Virus record (IMG/VR): IMGVR_UViG_3300024996_000122
Coordinates: 1 to 28,173 of that record
Reading direction: 5' to 3' (one strand)
Origin: a virus
Taxonomy: Duplodnaviria; Caudoviricetes
DNA length: 28,173 bases
Position numbers and translations under genes: made by a program. Within the stretch, counting starts at the first letter, position 1. Every line of letters begins with the position of its first letter. Shown here piece by piece: positions 25,683 through 28,173 of the stretch. The notes under the pieces are model-generated. The model was not told the origin of the DNA. It saw only the letters and a list, made by a program, of their open reading frames with translations, and did not search any database.

Positions 25683-26159
25683 TCAGCGCGACTTGCGCGG
25701 CCTGCCCCCCTTCGGCCTGGGCGGTCCCGTCGGTCCTCCCTCCGCCACCACTGGCCCGGCCTTATCGCCCAGAGGGGACGTCCCGCTCGACGGCGAGAGG
25801 ATCGCCGCGGCCTCGGCGCGACTCAGGTCCAGGGCATCCGCGACTCGCGCTAGCACATGGTCCGGGCGGATCGTCGGACCCTCCGGCGGCGGCCAGGCCG
25901 GCGGCTGGTCGTCGTCCAGCAACCAGTCGAGCGAGACGCGCAGGGCTCGCGCCATCGCCGCCGCGTGCGCCGCATACAAGCTGCGCTGTTGGCCGAGGAT
26001 TTCACTGATGGCGCTTTGTGGGATTTCGGCTTGAGCCCCAAGCGTGGCTTGGTTTGCCCCCCGAGCCGCCATCGCCAGATTGAGCTTCGCGACGCATACG
26101 TCCGACGGCGGATTTTTTCTTCGCCGCAACTTCGCCGCATCTTCTTCCGGCCTAGTCAT
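25683..26159 (-). CDS. XRE-family (cI-like) repressor
   Basis: NQATLGAQAEIPQSAISEIL...MARALRVSLDWLL HTH_3 pattern; divergent from early genes; no S24 peptidase domain seen. Confidence 0.85.
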   Translation of the reverse strand: MTRPEEDAAKLRRRKNPPSDVCVAKLNLAMAARGANQATLGAQAEIPQSAISEILGQQRSLYAAHAAAMARALRVSLDWLLDDDQPPAWPPPEGPTIRPDHVLARVADALDLSRAEAAAILSPSSGTSPLGDKAGPVVAEGGPTGPPRPKGGRPRKSR

Positions 26160-26208
26160 TTCGATTCCCGCCGATTACGCGCCGCCGAAGGTGATTCGGT
26201 CAACCGGA

Positions 26209-26237
26209 TTGACTTTGATACGCTTTGCAGATAACCT
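26209..26237 (+). promoter_or_regulatory. Sigma70-type early (PR-like) promoter
   Basis: TTGACT-17 bp-TAACCT. Confidence 0.6.
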
Positions 26238-26248
26238 TGGGTTGTCAT

Positions 26249-26268
26249 GCGGATTAACCGTAATCCGC
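26249..26268. promoter_or_regulatory. Operator-like palindrome GCGGATTA-accg-TAATCCGC
   Basis: Perfect 8-bp arms just downstream of the promoter in the immunity region. Confidence 0.6.
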
Positions 26269-26303
26269 GTGTAGCCACATTGTACCGAGTAGGAGCACGA
26301 CTT

Positions 26304-26501
26304 ATGAGTCGAACGACGAAGGTACGCGCCCGGCCGAAGCGGCCGGACCCGGTGTACATCAGTGTGCCGTTGCCGCCGGACCTTTACGGGCGGCTGGATC
26401 GGCTCCGCGAGGAGACGGGGATCCCGATCGCCCGCTTCGCCGTCCGGGCGATCAAGCGGGCGACGGACGGGGTGGAGAAGAACGACGGCCTGACGCTGTA
26501 A
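26304..26501 (+). CDS. Ribbon-helix-helix (Arc/CopG-like) protein in the Cro position
   Basis: AGGAG RBS; YISVPLPPDLYGRLDRLREETGIPIARFAVRAI. Confidence 0.8.
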   Translation: MSRTTKVRARPKRPDPVYISVPLPPDLYGRLDRLREETGIPIARFAVRAIKRATDGVEKNDGLTL

Positions 26502-26506
26502 GACTA

Positions 26507-26532
26507 GGACGTAAAAACACGTTTTGACGTCC
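26507..26532. promoter_or_regulatory. Imperfect 12-bp-arm inverted repeat (operator or hairpin)
   Basis: GGACGTAAAAAC-ac-GTTTTGACGTCC, one mismatch; intergenic. Confidence 0.45.
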
Positions 26533-26554
26533 ATGCCGGAAGAGAGGTTTGGAA

Positions 26555-26899
26555 GTGTCTTATCTGCCGCCACTGGAGGACCTGATGCCCTTATCGACGG
26601 TCGCGAGGCGGCTGGGGGTGGCGGCCACGACGGTCCACGACTGGCGGTTGCGGGATGACCGGCCGCTGGAGTGCTGGCGGCTGGGGAGGCGGTGGTACAC
26701 GACGGAGGACGCCCTGGCGGAGTTCGCCAGGGCCGGGACGGAGCCGGCGGGGTCGGTCCCCGCGGCGGAGGCGTTTCGGCCGATCGCGACCGCGCCGCGG
26801 AGGCGCGGGGCGGACCCGGACGGCGACTGGTGCCGGGCGCGGTTCGCCCGGCGGGGACGGAACAAGACGGAGGACGTCAGAGATGCCCAAGGGCGTTGA
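26555..26899 (+). CDS. Excisionase-like winged-HTH protein (DUF1580-like)
   Basis: PLSTVARRLGVAATTVHDW...LECWRLGRRWYTTEDALAEF; start uncertain (26549, 26555 or 26585). Confidence 0.75.
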   Translation: MSYLPPLEDLMPLSTVARRLGVAATTVHDWRLRDDRPLECWRLGRRWYTTEDALAEFARAGTEPAGSVPAAEAFRPIATAPRRRGADPDGDWCRARFARRGRNKTEDVRDAQGR

Positions 26900-27593
26900 G
26901 CACAAGGCGGCGGCGGACCGAGCGCGGGAGGAGATCGGGAGGGTCAAGTCGGCCCCGCCGACGTTCCGCGAGGAGCAGCTGGGCGACTCGGCGCGGAAGG
27001 TCTACGCGCTGGTCGGCGAGGGCGGGGTCGACGGCGTCAACGCCTACCGCGAGCTCGTCGCGGCGGGGGTCGAGTCGGGCCTAAAGGAGGGCGAGGCGGC
27101 GGCGATCGTGGCCTGGGCTTGGTACGGCCGCTCGCCCGATCCCGACGCCGCGCCGCCCTCGTTCGAGCCTTCGGTCGCGGACGAAGGCGCGCGTCTGAGG
27201 CTGTACGTCCGGGGCGATGACGACGCCGGCGCCGGCGTCGTCGACCGAAGCCTGGCGCATGACGCGGTGGCCGCCGGCCTGCGGATCCTGGCGACGCGGC
27301 TGACCGGCGAGAACGACCGCCGCCCCGGTCGTTCCGGCCACCACCTGGCGATGCGCGACCTGGCGGCGGCGGCGGACCACGTCGCGGTGTGCCGGTCGTT
27401 GATCCGCGAGGGCGAACCGGCGGTCGAGATCGAGGACGACCTGGCGATCACGGTCTTCCTGGTCGTCCAGGCGGCCGTCGACCTCGGGCTCGACCTCGCC
27501 GCCGGCGCGCGGCGGGTTCTGGAAAACCTCGACGCGATGGACGGCGGCGACCTCGCGACGTTCGTGGCGAGCGTCGACCAAGCGACGTCCTGA
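26883..27593 (+). CDS. Hypothetical protein; N-terminus like a primase C-terminal helical domain, C-terminus MazG-like
   Basis: ATG at 26883 after GGAGGA; ...LVAAGVESGLKEGEAAAIV; EIEDDLAITVFLVVQAAVDLGLDL. Confidence 0.55.
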   Translation: MPKGVEHKAAADRAREEIGRVKSAPPTFREEQLGDSARKVYALVGEGGVDGVNAYRELVAAGVESGLKEGEAAAIVAWAWYGRSPDPDAAPPSFEPSVADEGARLRLYVRGDDDAGAGVVDRSLAHDAVAAGLRILATRLTGENDRRPGRSGHHLAMRDLAAAADHVAVCRSLIREGEPAVEIEDDLAITVFLVVQAAVDLGLDLAAGARRVLENLDAMDGGDLATFVASVDQATS

Positions 27594-27652
27594 GCGGCGA
27601 GCCTGGAGCATGGTGACGGAACCAATCAAAACGAGTTGATGGAGGCTCAAGC

Positions 27653-27939
27653 ATGGCGGGTCCGAAGCAAGGCGACTACGTGGTGGTTCGGGGCGAGAAC
27701 TCAGGGGCGTTCGTCGGGGTTCTGGCGGCGATGGATGGTCGGACGATTGTCCTCGACCACAGCATCCGGCTGTGGTTCTGGTCGGGCGCGGCGAGCCTGT
27801 CGCAACTCGCGGTCGAGGGCGTGTCGAGGCCGGACCAGTGCAAGTTCCCGCCGCCGGTGGACGGCCACGCGATCCTCGACGTCATCGAGGTGATGCCGGC
27901 CACCGCGAAGGCCAAGGCGTCGATCGCGGAGGTGAAGCC

Positions 27940-27952
<13 letters not shown>
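27653..27952 (+). CDS. Conserved phage protein (DUF6948-like)
   Basis: GGAGG RBS; VVVRGENSGAFVG, RLWFWSGAASLSQLAVEGV. Confidence 0.75.

Positions 27953-28173
<221 letters not shown>

Overview
GC-rich temperate tailed-phage (prophage-like) segment. The host is probably a Planctomycete, inferred from protein style only. A long minus-strand late operon (about 23589 to 1) runs: HTH regulator, Zn-finger protein, secreted Pro-rich protein, papain-like C1 peptidase, membrane/coiled-coil proteins, terS, terL, portal, scaffold, major capsid, head-tail and tail genes, tape measure, tail-tip proteins and a collagen-like fibre. To its right lie a secreted accessory gene, an iteron-like GGTATTCTG cluster (probable origin), a cI-like repressor divergent from an RHH/HTH early operon, and a truncated Gly-rich gene. 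The most striking signal is non-coding: a solitary type I-C-like CRISPR repeat (21429-21459) directly behind an extended -10 promoter, with no cas genes or array in the window. It is a candidate RNA anti-CRISPR or Cas-guided regulator. Its 81-bp upstream element recurs inverted at 25175-25255 (79/81 identical), where the repeat hairpin appears deleted and an accessory gene follows. A third degenerate repeat-like unit lies at 24058-24090. All functional calls come from motifs and synteny read by eye; no database searches were run.
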